Source: Candidatus Omnitrophota bacterium (GTDB lineage: Bacteria; Omnitrophota; Gorgyraeia; Gygaellales; Profunditerraquicolaceae). From it: a stretch of 64,000 bases of DNA. Shown here piece after piece: positions 51,339 through 59,132 of this stretch. Under the pieces are notes generated by a model, which worked only from the letters and a program-made list of their open reading frames with translations, did no database searches and had not been told where the DNA came from. The DNA lies in assembly GCA_018895075.1 (NCBI GenBank), contig JAHIOW010000066.1, positions 913 to 64,912 on the forward strand, read 5' to 3'. The position numbers and the translations under genes are program-made. Numbering within the stretch: position 1 is the first letter of the stretch; each line of letters begins with the position of its first letter.

Positions 51339-51806
51339 GCTCTTTATAAATTCAACCACTCCCCAAATTACCATGAGTGATAACACAAATAAAATAGTAG
51401 CATAAAGAACATAAAACCCCCAGCCCCATAAACGGGTACATAATGTGACCGGGTTTTCAGAGAACCATTCATCGGGAAATACTCTTTTGTTATCAACTAA
51501 CCATTTGTCTAATTCTAACTTCTTTTGAATCTTAACCTGAATATTTCTTGCCGTAAGATAGTTTAAATGACATTTCCCACAGTAATAAATTGTCCAAAGA
51601 TATAATGAAGTTACTACAACCGCCAAAACAATTTTGACCCATAAAAAAGGTATTTCTATTTTGTTTAACAAAAATAATCCGATAAAACCGAAATAAAAGG
51701 CTGATGTAAAAGTAAGTATCCTTATTGGCCAATCTCTATATCTGTTAATCTCTTCGATTAAAGGCGGGTGTATAAGCTTGAGTTTCTCTATATCATTCTC
51801 ATTCAT
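51330..51806 (-). CDS. Membrane protein (about 3 TM), integron-cassette-like
   Basis: Hydrophobic segments; flanked by GTTAGCCGAC upstream and GTCGGTTAAC at the stop. Confidence 0.72.
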   Translation of the reverse strand: MNENDIEKLKLIHPPLIEEINRYRDWPIRILTFTSAFYFGFIGLFLLNKIEIPFLWVKIVLAVVVTSLYLWTIYYCGKCHLNYLTARNIQVKIQKKLELDKWLVDNKRVFPDEWFSENPVTLCTRLWGWGFYVLYATILFVLSLMVIWGVVEFIKSVG

Positions 51807-51899
51807 TTTATGGATCTCCCTTAAGAATGTCGGCTAACTTCAAATAACCGAACTACTTCGTCTATGCTCCCAAATTGGCATATTTTGCGAAGTATTTTG

Positions 51900-51998
51900 T
51901 CACTTCTGTGCCAGCATCTCTGTTGTCTCTTCTAGATCTTCCGGAAACACATACACATAACGCCTTAACTAATCACGCATCTGAATGTTTTAGATCTT
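51900..51998 (-). pseudogene. Tyrosine integrase C-terminal remnant 2 (stop and frameshift)
   Basis: Diverged direct repeat of 51181-51270; reads DLKHSDA* then LRRYVYVFPEDLEETTEMLAQK*. Confidence 0.6.
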
Positions 51999-52030
51999 GA
52001 GAATGACCTACCTTAAATTCTTTTGCGATG

Positions 52031-52375
52031 TTATGTAACATCCTTTAGAATTTGTTCCACCTCTGCTTTTAGCGTCGGAATATCTTTTCTTGTCGTAGAC
52101 CAAACTGCATTGATATCTACTCCAAAGTAATCATGAATAAGCTTATCTCGCATTCCTGCTATGTCTTTCCAGGGGATATTGGGGTATTTGTTTCGTATGG
52201 TAGAGGAAATCCTTTTAGCTGCTTCTCCAATGATTTCGGTCTGCCGAATGACCCCGTCTTGAAGAAGCATGGTCTTGGTAAAAGTCTCCTCATTAACCCC
52301 GGAAAGATATCCTTCAATTCTAGCAATCGCATCTAAAATATGCTTTAGGTATATTGTATCATCCCGCTCTTTCAT
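52031..52375 (-). CDS. HEPN (DUF86/HepT-like) RNase toxin
   Basis: [23 protein letters not shown] (Rx4H-x-Y). Confidence 0.92.
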   Translation of the reverse strand: MKERDDTIYLKHILDAIARIEGYLSGVNEETFTKTMLLQDGVIRQTEIIGEAAKRISSTIRNKYPNIPWKDIAGMRDKLIHDYFGVDINAVWSTTRKDIPTLKAEVEQILKDVT

Positions 52376-52655
52376 AAACTACCTCCATCTCATTTTTAAT
52401 CCTGTCTTTTAAATACGGGCTGATAGAGGCTTCGGTTAATAAATCTGCCTTTCTGCCCAAAACCTCTGAAAGCACTCTTTCAATCCTTACAATATCGAGC
52501 AAACTCTTAGGCTTAGAAAAACGAGCTAAAAGATCAATATCGCTCTCTTCTGTAAAGTCACCTGTTACAAAAGAGCCAAATATTGCCAAGAATACAATGT
52601 CATTATTTTTGCATATTTCGAGTAACTTCTTTTTATTATTAATAGCACCTCTCAT
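52359..52655 (-). CDS. Minimal nucleotidyltransferase (MNT/MntA-like) antitoxin
   Basis: FGS(x10)DID motif, LGRKADL; overlaps the HEPN gene. Confidence 0.92.
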   Translation of the reverse strand: MRGAINNKKKLLEICKNNDIVFLAIFGSFVTGDFTEESDIDLLARFSKPKSLLDIVRIERVLSEVLGRKADLLTEASISPYLKDRIKNEMEVVYERAG

Positions 52656-52716
52656 AATCTCCTCTTTTTATCTGATGTTGCTCTCTTTCTCTTCTAAAAA
52701 TCCACCAAGTCAAATC

Positions 52717-52793
52717 TGGTCGGGGAGGTGGGACTTGAACCCACGACCTTTTGGTCCCGAACCAAACGCGCTACCAAACTGCGCTACTCCCCG
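52717..52793 (-). tRNA. tRNA-Pro (anticodon CGG), CCA encoded
   Basis: cggggagtagcgcagtttggtagcgcg tttgg-ttCGGga-ccaaa aggtcgtgggttcaagtcccac ctccccg acca. Confidence 0.97.
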
Positions 52794-52834
52794 AATAATC
52801 ACTTAAATCTTAAATAACTCAAGTATTTTAGATA

Positions 52835-52863
52835 AGTATAACAGAAATCAGAAAGGTAAGCAA
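52835..52863 (-). promoter_or_regulatory. sigma70 promoter of tRNA-Pro
   Basis: TTGCTT-17 nt-TATACT on the minus strand. Confidence 0.65.
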
Positions 52864-52894
52864 TAATAATGCTTATTTCGCGGCGAAGTTAACA

Positions 52895-53089
52895 TAAGTG
52901 AGTGCACAATTTATGGAACGACAGTGTCCGCCGAAGGACGGATCAGCCTTCGACTGAAACATAAATTGTCTGCACGAACTTACCCCTCACTCAGAAAACC
53001 ATAGATTTCTTTGCTGCTGGCTGAGTGAGGGGTTAAATTCAGACATACAACTTACGTCATTTCATTCCGTAAGTTGTGTCTTCATTTAA
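52895..53089 (-). repeat. Modular hairpin element copy E
   Basis: taagtgagtgcac-arm-gcacgaactta-[cccctcactc...gagtgagggg]-ttaaattc-arm-cttcatttaa. Confidence 0.9.
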
Positions 53090-53107
53090 CACAAGTTATC
53101 GGAGGTA

Positions 53108-53677
53108 TTAACTCTTTTGCTTAAGGAGGTCGAATTCGATATTGACCTTATCTGATGGTCCCTTAAACCCAAGGGTAGTGTTTTTAAGGGTGTGCGGAAT
53201 TATATATATACTGAAGGTATTGGATTTTTTCTCTGCAATAGTAAGACTTATCCCATCAACCGCAATAGAGCCCCGGGGTAAAATATACCCTATAAATTTT
53301 GGGGGGAAGGCAATCTCAAAACAAAAATTATTATTAATATAACTTTTCTTACGGATAATCCCTATACAATCAACATGCCCGCTAACAAAATGTCCAGAAA
53401 GCCTGTCCCCTATTCTTAAAGCGCGCTCTAAATTTACCTTATCTCTAATTCTTAATGGCCCTAAATCTGTAATCTCAAGGGTCTTGGGCATAACTTCAAA
53501 ACTTAAGGTATCTTTTTCCTTTTTTATGACCGTAAGGCAGGTACCATTTACAGAAATACTATCGCCGACCCCGGTATCCTCCAGTGTCTTTTCTGCCTTG
53601 ATTTCCAAGAGCGTGACTGCACCCCGCCTAGATATCCTTCTGATTTGGCCTAATTCTTCAACAATCCCACTAAACAT
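53108..53677 (-). CDS. ribE: Riboflavin synthase (alpha chain)
   Basis: Canonical N-terminus MFSGIVE (start 53677), GDSISVNGTCLTV, VNLERAL, GHFVSGHVD. Confidence 0.96.
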   Translation of the reverse strand: MFSGIVEELGQIRRISRRGAVTLLEIKAEKTLEDTGVGDSISVNGTCLTVIKKEKDTLSFEVMPKTLEITDLGPLRIRDKVNLERALRIGDRLSGHFVSGHVDCIGIIRKKSYINNNFCFEIAFPPKFIGYILPRGSIAVDGISLTIAEKKSNTFSIYIIPHTLKNTTLGFKGPSDKVNIEFDLLKQKS

Positions 53678-53871
53678 AAGTAAGTGCACAATTTATGGAG
53701 CGAAAGCGTCCGCCGAAGGCGGATCAGCCTGCGGCTGAAACATAACTTATTTGGCCGAACTTACCCCGCACCAATTTGTGATTAATGACGTATCCATTAC
53801 AAATTAGTGCGGGGTTAAATTCAGACATACAACTTACTTCATTTCATTCCGTAAGTTGTGTCTTCATTTAA
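53677..53871 (-). repeat. Modular hairpin element copy F between ribD and ribE
   Basis: taagtaagtgcac...ccgaactta-[ccccgcac...gtgcgggg]-ttaaattc...cttcatttaa; AACAT on both flanks. Confidence 0.9.
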
Positions 53872-54961
53872 CATATCCTTCTACTAAGAAATCTCCGCCT
53901 AGGCGTGTTAATTTAACATCTTTTAATTTAACTGCCTTCTCTATCCGCGCTATACCCTTACCCATTACTGAACTAATCGCTTCTTTACCGCCAATAATCT
54001 TGGGGCTTATAAAAAATAACACCTTATCCACAAGGCCCTCATCAAATAAAGAACCGATTAAAGTCCCTCCGCCTTCAACCAGAATATTGCTGATTCCCAT
54101 GCGCGCTAGTTTCTTCATCATATCCTTTAAATTTATCTGTCCTTCTTTCTCTTTCGCTTCTAAAATCCTGGCCTGAGCAGCTAACAATCCCCTATTCTCT
54201 GTTTCCTGGCCGACCTCCTCCGTTAAGGTAACAATGATGACGGAACTATTTTTTGAAAATATTTTTGCCTCCTGCGGAGTGCTCAACTGGCTGTCCACGA
54301 TAATCTTCTGCGGCTGTCGTCTTGAAAACCATGCCTCCAGAGCCGGATTATCCCTTAAAATAGTATTTACACCCACTATTATGGCATCATAATTTTGACG
54401 CAAGCGGTGGGCATAAGTACGCGCCTTATCTGAAGTTATCCATTTAGAATCAGCGGTCTTAGTGGCAATCTTACCGTCTAAAGATTGGGCTACTTTGACT
54501 GTAACAAAGGGCACCCTTTGAGTAATATATTTTATAAAGACCTCGTTCTGCGCCTTTAATTTGTCTTCTAAGAAGCCCACCTTCACTTTGATCCCGTGTT
54601 GCCTAAGCATATTGATTGCGCCTCCATTAGTTAGAGGATTAGGATCAATCATGCCTATTATAACTTCTCTTATTCCACTCCTTACAATTTTATCCACGCA
54701 AGGCGGGGTCTTGCCGAAATGTACACAGGGCTCCAGCGTCACATACAAAGTAGCGCCTTTTGCAAGTCTTCCTGCATCATCTAAAGCAATTGCCTCTGCA
54801 TGAGCAAGGCCTGCCTTATGATGATAGCCTCGGCCTACAACGCGGCCATTCTTTACTATCATGGCGCCTACCAGAGGATTAGGATAAGTCTGACCTTTTG
54901 CTTTTTCAGCCAGCCTCATTGCCAGGTTCATAAAGTAGACGTGGTCTTTTTTATATTTCAT
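53864..54961 (-). CDS. ribD: Bifunctional pyrimidine deaminase/reductase RibD
   Basis: PNPLVGA, HAE, TLEPC..G.TPPC, SLDGKIA, VEGG; likely start ATG 54961 (ATGA overlap). Confidence 0.96.
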   Translation of the reverse strand: MKYKKDHVYFMNLAMRLAEKAKGQTYPNPLVGAMIVKNGRVVGRGYHHKAGLAHAEAIALDDAGRLAKGATLYVTLEPCVHFGKTPPCVDKIVRSGIREVIIGMIDPNPLTNGGAINMLRQHGIKVKVGFLEDKLKAQNEVFIKYITQRVPFVTVKVAQSLDGKIATKTADSKWITSDKARTYAHRLRQNYDAIIVGVNTILRDNPALEAWFSRRQPQKIIVDSQLSTPQEAKIFSKNSSVIIVTLTEEVGQETENRGLLAAQARILEAKEKEGQINLKDMMKKLARMGISNILVEGGGTLIGSLFDEGLVDKVLFFISPKIIGGKEAISSVMGKGIARIEKAVKLKDVKLTRLGGDFLVEGYVK

Positions 54962-55779
54962 AACTCTTTTCTTGCTTCCTTTAGTCTTTCTACCAGTACA
55001 TAGGGTATCTTTATGGATCCTATCTTGACTGCTGGTTTTGCCAGGCCATGACAATCAGAGCCACCGGTAACTAATAAATTAAATTTTTTGGCTAAATCAA
55101 GATAAAAATTCACCATTGACTGGGTATGCTCAGGATAATATACTTCTAAACCCATAAGCCCATAATCAATAAACCGGGATATTAACTCATCTCTGTTAAC
55201 AGTATAGGGATGTGCCAAGACTGGTATACCGCCTGCGTCCCTGATTAATTTTATGGCCTCCTGGGTTGATAATTTAAAATCCAGGACACAGGCAGGGCAT
55301 TTATCACCGATATATTTTCTAAAAGCCTCTGCGGTAGAGCTTATCTGGCCAACTTTTACCATTGCCTGGGCAATATGCAGCCTACTTACTATACCGCCTC
55401 TGGCCATCGCAAATACAGCTTTGGGTTCTAATTCTATATTCATACCTTTTAGTTTATCTATTATTTTATAGGCGCGTTCAATGCGGTTTTTCTTCAAAGA
55501 ATCTAATTCTCCCATCAGCCTCTTATTTTTGTAATCAATTAAATAACCTAGAATGTGTATCTCTTTGCCGTCGTACTCGCTACTAAGTTCTATACCGGCT
55601 AAGACCTCTATGTTTTTTGATTTGGCTGCCTTAAAAGTAGCCTCAACTCCATCAACTGTATCATGATCAACAAGGCCAATTGCAGATAGGTCTCTCTTGG
55701 AGGCCTCTAAGATAAGTTCCTGGGGCGTATATGTACCATCAGAGAAAAGAGTATGCAGGTGCAGATCAGCAAATCTCAT
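54958..55779 (-). CDS. PHP-family phosphoesterase (YciV/TrpH-like)
   Basis: DLHLHT..SDG, DHD, GIELS, HILGY, LAHP, GLEVYY, TGGSDCHG. Confidence 0.9.
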   Translation of the reverse strand: MRFADLHLHTLFSDGTYTPQELILEASKRDLSAIGLVDHDTVDGVEATFKAAKSKNIEVLAGIELSSEYDGKEIHILGYLIDYKNKRLMGELDSLKKNRIERAYKIIDKLKGMNIELEPKAVFAMARGGIVSRLHIAQAMVKVGQISSTAEAFRKYIGDKCPACVLDFKLSTQEAIKLIRDAGGIPVLAHPYTVNRDELISRFIDYGLMGLEVYYPEHTQSMVNFYLDLAKKFNLLVTGGSDCHGLAKPAVKIGSIKIPYVLVERLKEARKEL

Positions 55780-56194
55780 CGGTTTTTCTTTCTAATTTTA
55801 CTTTATCCAGAATGCCATTGACGAATTTGGATGCCTCCAGGCTAGAGTATTTTTTGGCAAGCTCCACTGCCTCATTTATAGAGACTTTGAGAGGGATATC
55901 GTGACAAAACATAAGTTCAAAACTCCCCAGGCGTAATATATTCTTATCTACAACTGCGATACGCGACAGTTGCCAGTTAGTAGCATATTGACTGATCTTT
56001 ATATCAATTTTTTCTAAATTGCCTCTAACTCCTTTGACAAGTTGAGAAGTGAAATTCTTCACCTCCTCTTCTATATTCTCTTTAGCCTGCGCCTGCCAGA
56101 AATTACTCAAAGAAACTTCATAGCTGTCCTGGGAGATATCCATCTGGTAAAGAATCTGTAAGGCAAATTCACGCGCCTTTGTACGTTTACGCAT
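55766..56194 (-). CDS. nusB: Transcription antitermination factor NusB
   Basis: RTKAREFALQILYQ, VDKNILR, INEAVELAKKY, FVNGILD; start ATG 56194. Confidence 0.96.
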   Translation of the reverse strand: MRKRTKAREFALQILYQMDISQDSYEVSLSNFWQAQAKENIEEEVKNFTSQLVKGVRGNLEKIDIKISQYATNWQLSRIAVVDKNILRLGSFELMFCHDIPLKVSINEAVELAKKYSSLEASKFVNGILDKVKLERKTDEIC

Positions 56195-56196
56195 AT

Positions 56197-56283
56197 TTAA
56201 TGAGCGCATAACTTACGGAATGAAATGACGTAAGTTATATGCGCGAATTTAATCCGCCGAAGGCGGATATCCATATTTACTTA
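56197..56283 (+). repeat. Modular hairpin element copy G (third arm missing)
   Basis: ttaatgagcgc-ataacttac..gtaagttat-gcgcgaatttaa-tccgccgaaggcgga-...tttactta; terminus contains the ribH stop. Confidence 0.85.
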
Positions 56284-56744
56284 ATCTGGGTTAATAGATT
56301 TACCATCTCAATAGCGCTTAATGCAGCATCCCGGCCTTTATTGCCTTCTTTTGTCCCTGAGCGTTCAATTGCCTGTTCAATAGTATCGACAGTAATAATC
56401 CCAAAGATTACTGGTAGGCCTGTGTCCTGGCTAACTCTGGCTACGCCTTTGGCTGCCTCTTGGGCAATATACTCAAAATGAGGGGTTGAACCACGGATAA
56501 TAGTACCTAAGCAAATCAAGGCATCAAAGGATTTAGACTTAGCAATTTTCTGGGCAACAGTGACAATCTCAAATGCACCGGGAACCCAGGTAACTACCAA
56601 GTCCTCTTCTTGCGCCGCGTGCCTCTTCAATGTATCCAGGCACCCAGAAACTAATTCCTTAGTGATAAAATCATTGAAGCGCGAAGCAATAATAGCGAAT
56701 TTTTTACCCTTGGCAATGAAATTTCCTTCTATTACTTTAACCAT
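56277..56744 (-). CDS. ribH: 6,7-dimethyl-8-ribityllumazine synthase
   Basis: [26 protein letters not shown]; AGGAGG RBS; start 56744 or 56750. Confidence 0.96.
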   Translation of the reverse strand: MVKVIEGNFIAKGKKFAIIASRFNDFITKELVSGCLDTLKRHAAQEEDLVVTWVPGAFEIVTVAQKIAKSKSFDALICLGTIIRGSTPHFEYIAQEAAKGVARVSQDTGLPVIFGIITVDTIEQAIERSGTKEGNKGRDAALSAIEMVNLLTQIK

Positions 56745-56762
56745 ATACATCTACCTCCTTTC

Positions 56763-56932
56763 TTAAATGAGCACATAACCCCGAAACTTCGGGGTTATGT
56801 GTGCGAATTTAACCCGATAGCAACGAGAAAATTTAGAATAAATTTTCGAAGTGTTTTGCTATCGGGATAGTTCGGACACATAACTTATGTCGTCCCGAGA
56901 TTTTGAGACTCCATAAGTTATGTCCTCACTTA
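56763..56932 (+). repeat. Modular hairpin element copy H (full three-arm form)
   Basis: ttaaatgagcac-ataaccccgaa/ttcggggttat-gtgcgaatttaa-cccgatagcaa/ttgctatcggg-tagttcggac-acataacttatg/cataagttatgt-cctcactta. Confidence 0.9.
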
Positions 56933-58138
56933 TATTTTTAAATAGTGGCCTAATTTTTCTTTTTTAGTCTTAAGGTACCGGTAATTTAAGGGATTAGGTT
57001 TGATCTCTAAAGGAATACGTTCAACGACGTTGAGGCCATAACCTTTTAATCCTACGATCTTGCGTGGATTATTAGTAAGAAGCCTGATATTCTTAATCCC
57101 TAAATCCACCAAAATCTGCGCCCCTATCCCGTAATCCCGCAAGTCCGGCTTGTGCCCTAAGGCCTCATTTGCCTGGATCGTATCTAATCCTTTATCTTGT
57201 AAACCATAGGCGCGGATTTTATCGATCAGCCCAATACCGCGGCCTTCCTGGCTCATATAAAGAATGGCTCCTTTCTTCTCTCTTGCGATAATCTCCATAG
57301 CCTTCTTCAGTTGCCTCCCGCAATCACAACGTAAAGAACCAAATACATCACCGGTAAGGCATTCAGAATGTACACGCACCAACACTGCCGGATCGCCTAA
57401 TTCGCCCATTGTCAGGGCAATATGAAAATGGTTATTGGTTAGGTCTCGATATAAAATTAATTTGAATGTTCCGAATTCTGTGGGAATAACTGTTTCAGAA
57501 ATCCTCTCAATCAATTTTTCAATCTGCCTTCGGTATTGAATAATGTCAGCGATAGAACAAATCTTTAGATTATGCTGCTGGGCAAAACCAAGTAGCTGTT
57601 TAAGCCTTGCCATTGTGCCATCGTCATTCATAATCTCGCATATTACGCCCGCAGGATAAAGTCCACACAAGCGCATCAGGTCTACTGTTGCCTCGGTATG
57701 ACCTGCCCTGACCAAAACACCGCCTTTCTGTGCTTTTAAAGGAAAGATATGGCCTGGACGAATAAGGTCATCGGGTTTGCTCTGAGTATCAATGAGCGCC
57801 TCTATGGTCCTGGCGCGATCATAGGCAGAAATACCTGTAGTGATTCCTCTGGCAGCGTCTACTGATACTATCCAGGCAGTAGAGAAAGGGTCTTTTATAT
57901 TTGGTGTTCTTTTATCTCTGACCATTGCCTGTAAAGACAACTCATTTAATCTTTGTTCTTCCATCGGCACACAAATGAGCCCTCTGCCACTCTTAGCCAT
58001 AAAATTTATATCTTCCGGCCTAACAAAGGAAGCGGCCATTACCAGGTCACCTTCGTTCTCGCGGTCCTGGTCATCCGCCACAATAACCATTCGGCCTGAT
58101 TTCAAATCCTCTAGTATCTCTGGAATAGAATTAAACAT
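56930..58138 (-). CDS. ribBA: Bifunctional DHBP synthase / GTP cyclohydrolase II
   Basis: DRENEGD, RPGHIFPL, GHTEA, RVHSECLTGD, RCDC, QEGRGIG, LTNNPRK; start ATG 58138. Confidence 0.97.
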   Translation of the reverse strand: MFNSIPEILEDLKSGRMVIVADDQDRENEGDLVMAASFVRPEDINFMAKSGRGLICVPMEEQRLNELSLQAMVRDKRTPNIKDPFSTAWIVSVDAARGITTGISAYDRARTIEALIDTQSKPDDLIRPGHIFPLKAQKGGVLVRAGHTEATVDLMRLCGLYPAGVICEIMNDDGTMARLKQLLGFAQQHNLKICSIADIIQYRRQIEKLIERISETVIPTEFGTFKLILYRDLTNNHFHIALTMGELGDPAVLVRVHSECLTGDVFGSLRCDCGRQLKKAMEIIAREKKGAILYMSQEGRGIGLIDKIRAYGLQDKGLDTIQANEALGHKPDLRDYGIGAQILVDLGIKNIRLLTNNPRKIVGLKGYGLNVVERIPLEIKPNPLNYRYLKTKKEKLGHYLKI

Positions 58139-58192
58139 AAGTGAGTGCACAATTTACAGAACGCAAGTGAATGTAAATTGTCTGCTCATTAA
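58138..58192 (-). repeat. Modular hairpin element copy I (minimal one-arm form)
   Basis: taagtgagtgc acaatttaca gaacgcaagtgaa tgtaaattgt ctgctcattaa. Confidence 0.85.
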
Positions 58193-58217
58193 AAAAACCC
58201 GAAGAAATCTTCGGGTC
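58191..58217 (-). terminator. Intrinsic terminator of the FMN riboswitch expression platform
   Basis: acccgaaga-ttt-cttcgggt followed by a T run; the 5' arm is complementary to the aptamer 5' strand atcttcggg. Confidence 0.85.
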
Positions 58218-58269
58218 AGTGATATTTCGCCATACTGCCTGGCGAGCCCGCCACGTTTTGTGGCGGAAA

Positions 58270-58457
58270 TCTTCTCCCATCTAGACTTTGCATCCAATCC
58301 TATTTGTTGGATTGGTGTCCGCTTATGCGGAACTATCGGCTCTGGAATTGACCAGATCTACCCCACACCCAGAAACCCATAGCCTTATTTTTGCTGGCTG
58401 GGTGTGGGGCTCGCGGGCTAAACCGCCGGTCAGGACTTTCACCTTACCCCGAAGATT
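58270..58457 (-). ncRNA. FMN riboswitch (RFN element) with hairpin insertions
   Basis: atcttcggggtaaggtgaaagtcctgaccggcggt..agcccgcga...agatctggtcaattccagagccgatagt...aaagtctagatgggagaag, upstream of ribBA. Confidence 0.93.
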
Positions 58458-58468
58458 AACTTTATACT

Positions 58469-58496
58469 ATTATAACAAAAAAACTTAGCTTGTCAA
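58469..58496 (-). promoter_or_regulatory. sigma70 promoter of the rib operon
   Basis: TTGACA-16 nt-TATAAT just upstream of the aptamer. Confidence 0.8.
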
Positions 58497-58518
58497 TGAT
58501 TTAAAAAACAATATAATA

Positions 58519-58659
58519 TAAGTGAGACCACAACTTAGCGAACACAAGTGAAGCTAAGTTGTAGGGTCGAAGTTATCCGCCTTCGGCGGATTAAATTCGC
58601 ACAAATAACTTACCTCGCTTTATTTAATAGAAAGCTCCGTAAGTTATGTGCTCATTTAA
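58519..58659 (-). repeat. Modular hairpin element copy J
   Basis: taagtgagacc-acaacttagc/gctaagttgt-ggtcgaagtta-tccgccttcggcgga-ttaaattcgcac-ataacttac/gtaagttat-gtgctcatttaATG. Confidence 0.9.
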
Positions 58660-59132
58660 TGGAACACATATTAAATCAAATACATAGCCTGCTCATAAAA
58701 AATAAAAAAAAGATTGCTATAGCAGAATCCTGCACAGGCGGCCTCCTTTCTAATCTTCTGACCCGGATTCCAGGAAGCTCCCATTACTTTATTTTAGGAA
58801 TAGTTGCTTATAGTAATAAAGCAAAGGGAACTATTTTAAAAATCCCCGCTCCGCTGATCAATAAAAGAGGCGCGGTCTCAAAAGAAGTAGCCAAAAAGAT
58901 GGCTAAGGCAATCAGAAAGTTGGCTCAAAGCCACATCGGCATAGCTATAACTGGCATAGCTGGTCCAGGCGGCGGGACTCCCCAGAAACCAAAAGGCACA
59001 ATATTTATCGCTATAGATAGTAAGACAAAAAAAATCTCTGAAAGATTTATTTTTAAGGGTAATAGGCTTGCGGTGAGAAAAATAGCAGCATTAAAAGCCT
59101 TAAGGCTATTAAAGCGTGTACTTAAAAAATGA
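58659..59132 (+). CDS. pncC: CinA C-terminal domain / NMN deamidase
   Basis: AESCTGG, PGSS, YSN..K, GAVS, ITGIAGPGG; true start probably ATG 58659. Confidence 0.9.
   Translation: MEHILNQIHSLLIKNKKKIAIAESCTGGLLSNLLTRIPGSSHYFILGIVAYSNKAKGTILKIPAPLINKRGAVSKEVAKKMAKAIRKLAQSHIGIAITGIAGPGGGTPQKPKGTIFIAIDSKTKKISERFIFKGNRLAVRKIAALKALRLLKRVLKK

Larger units (their letters stand above)
49140..52716 (-). mobile_element. Decayed accessory islet at the 3' end of tRNA-Pro
   Basis: Non-housekeeping cargo between tRNA and acyP, TA pair, integrase-tail remnants, cassette signature; boundaries approximate. Confidence 0.65.

Noticed and set aside
52031-52655. MNT-HEPN pair as a novel system
   Set aside because: Well-known, widespread toxin-antitoxin family with canonical motifs.
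58288-58488. 66-aa plus-strand ORF
   Set aside because: Antisense to the FMN riboswitch.
53678-58658. N-terminal extensions in the ORF track for ribE, ribD, nusB, ribBA and pncC
   Set aside because: They come from repeat-element or upstream-gene sequence; canonical starts lie downstream.
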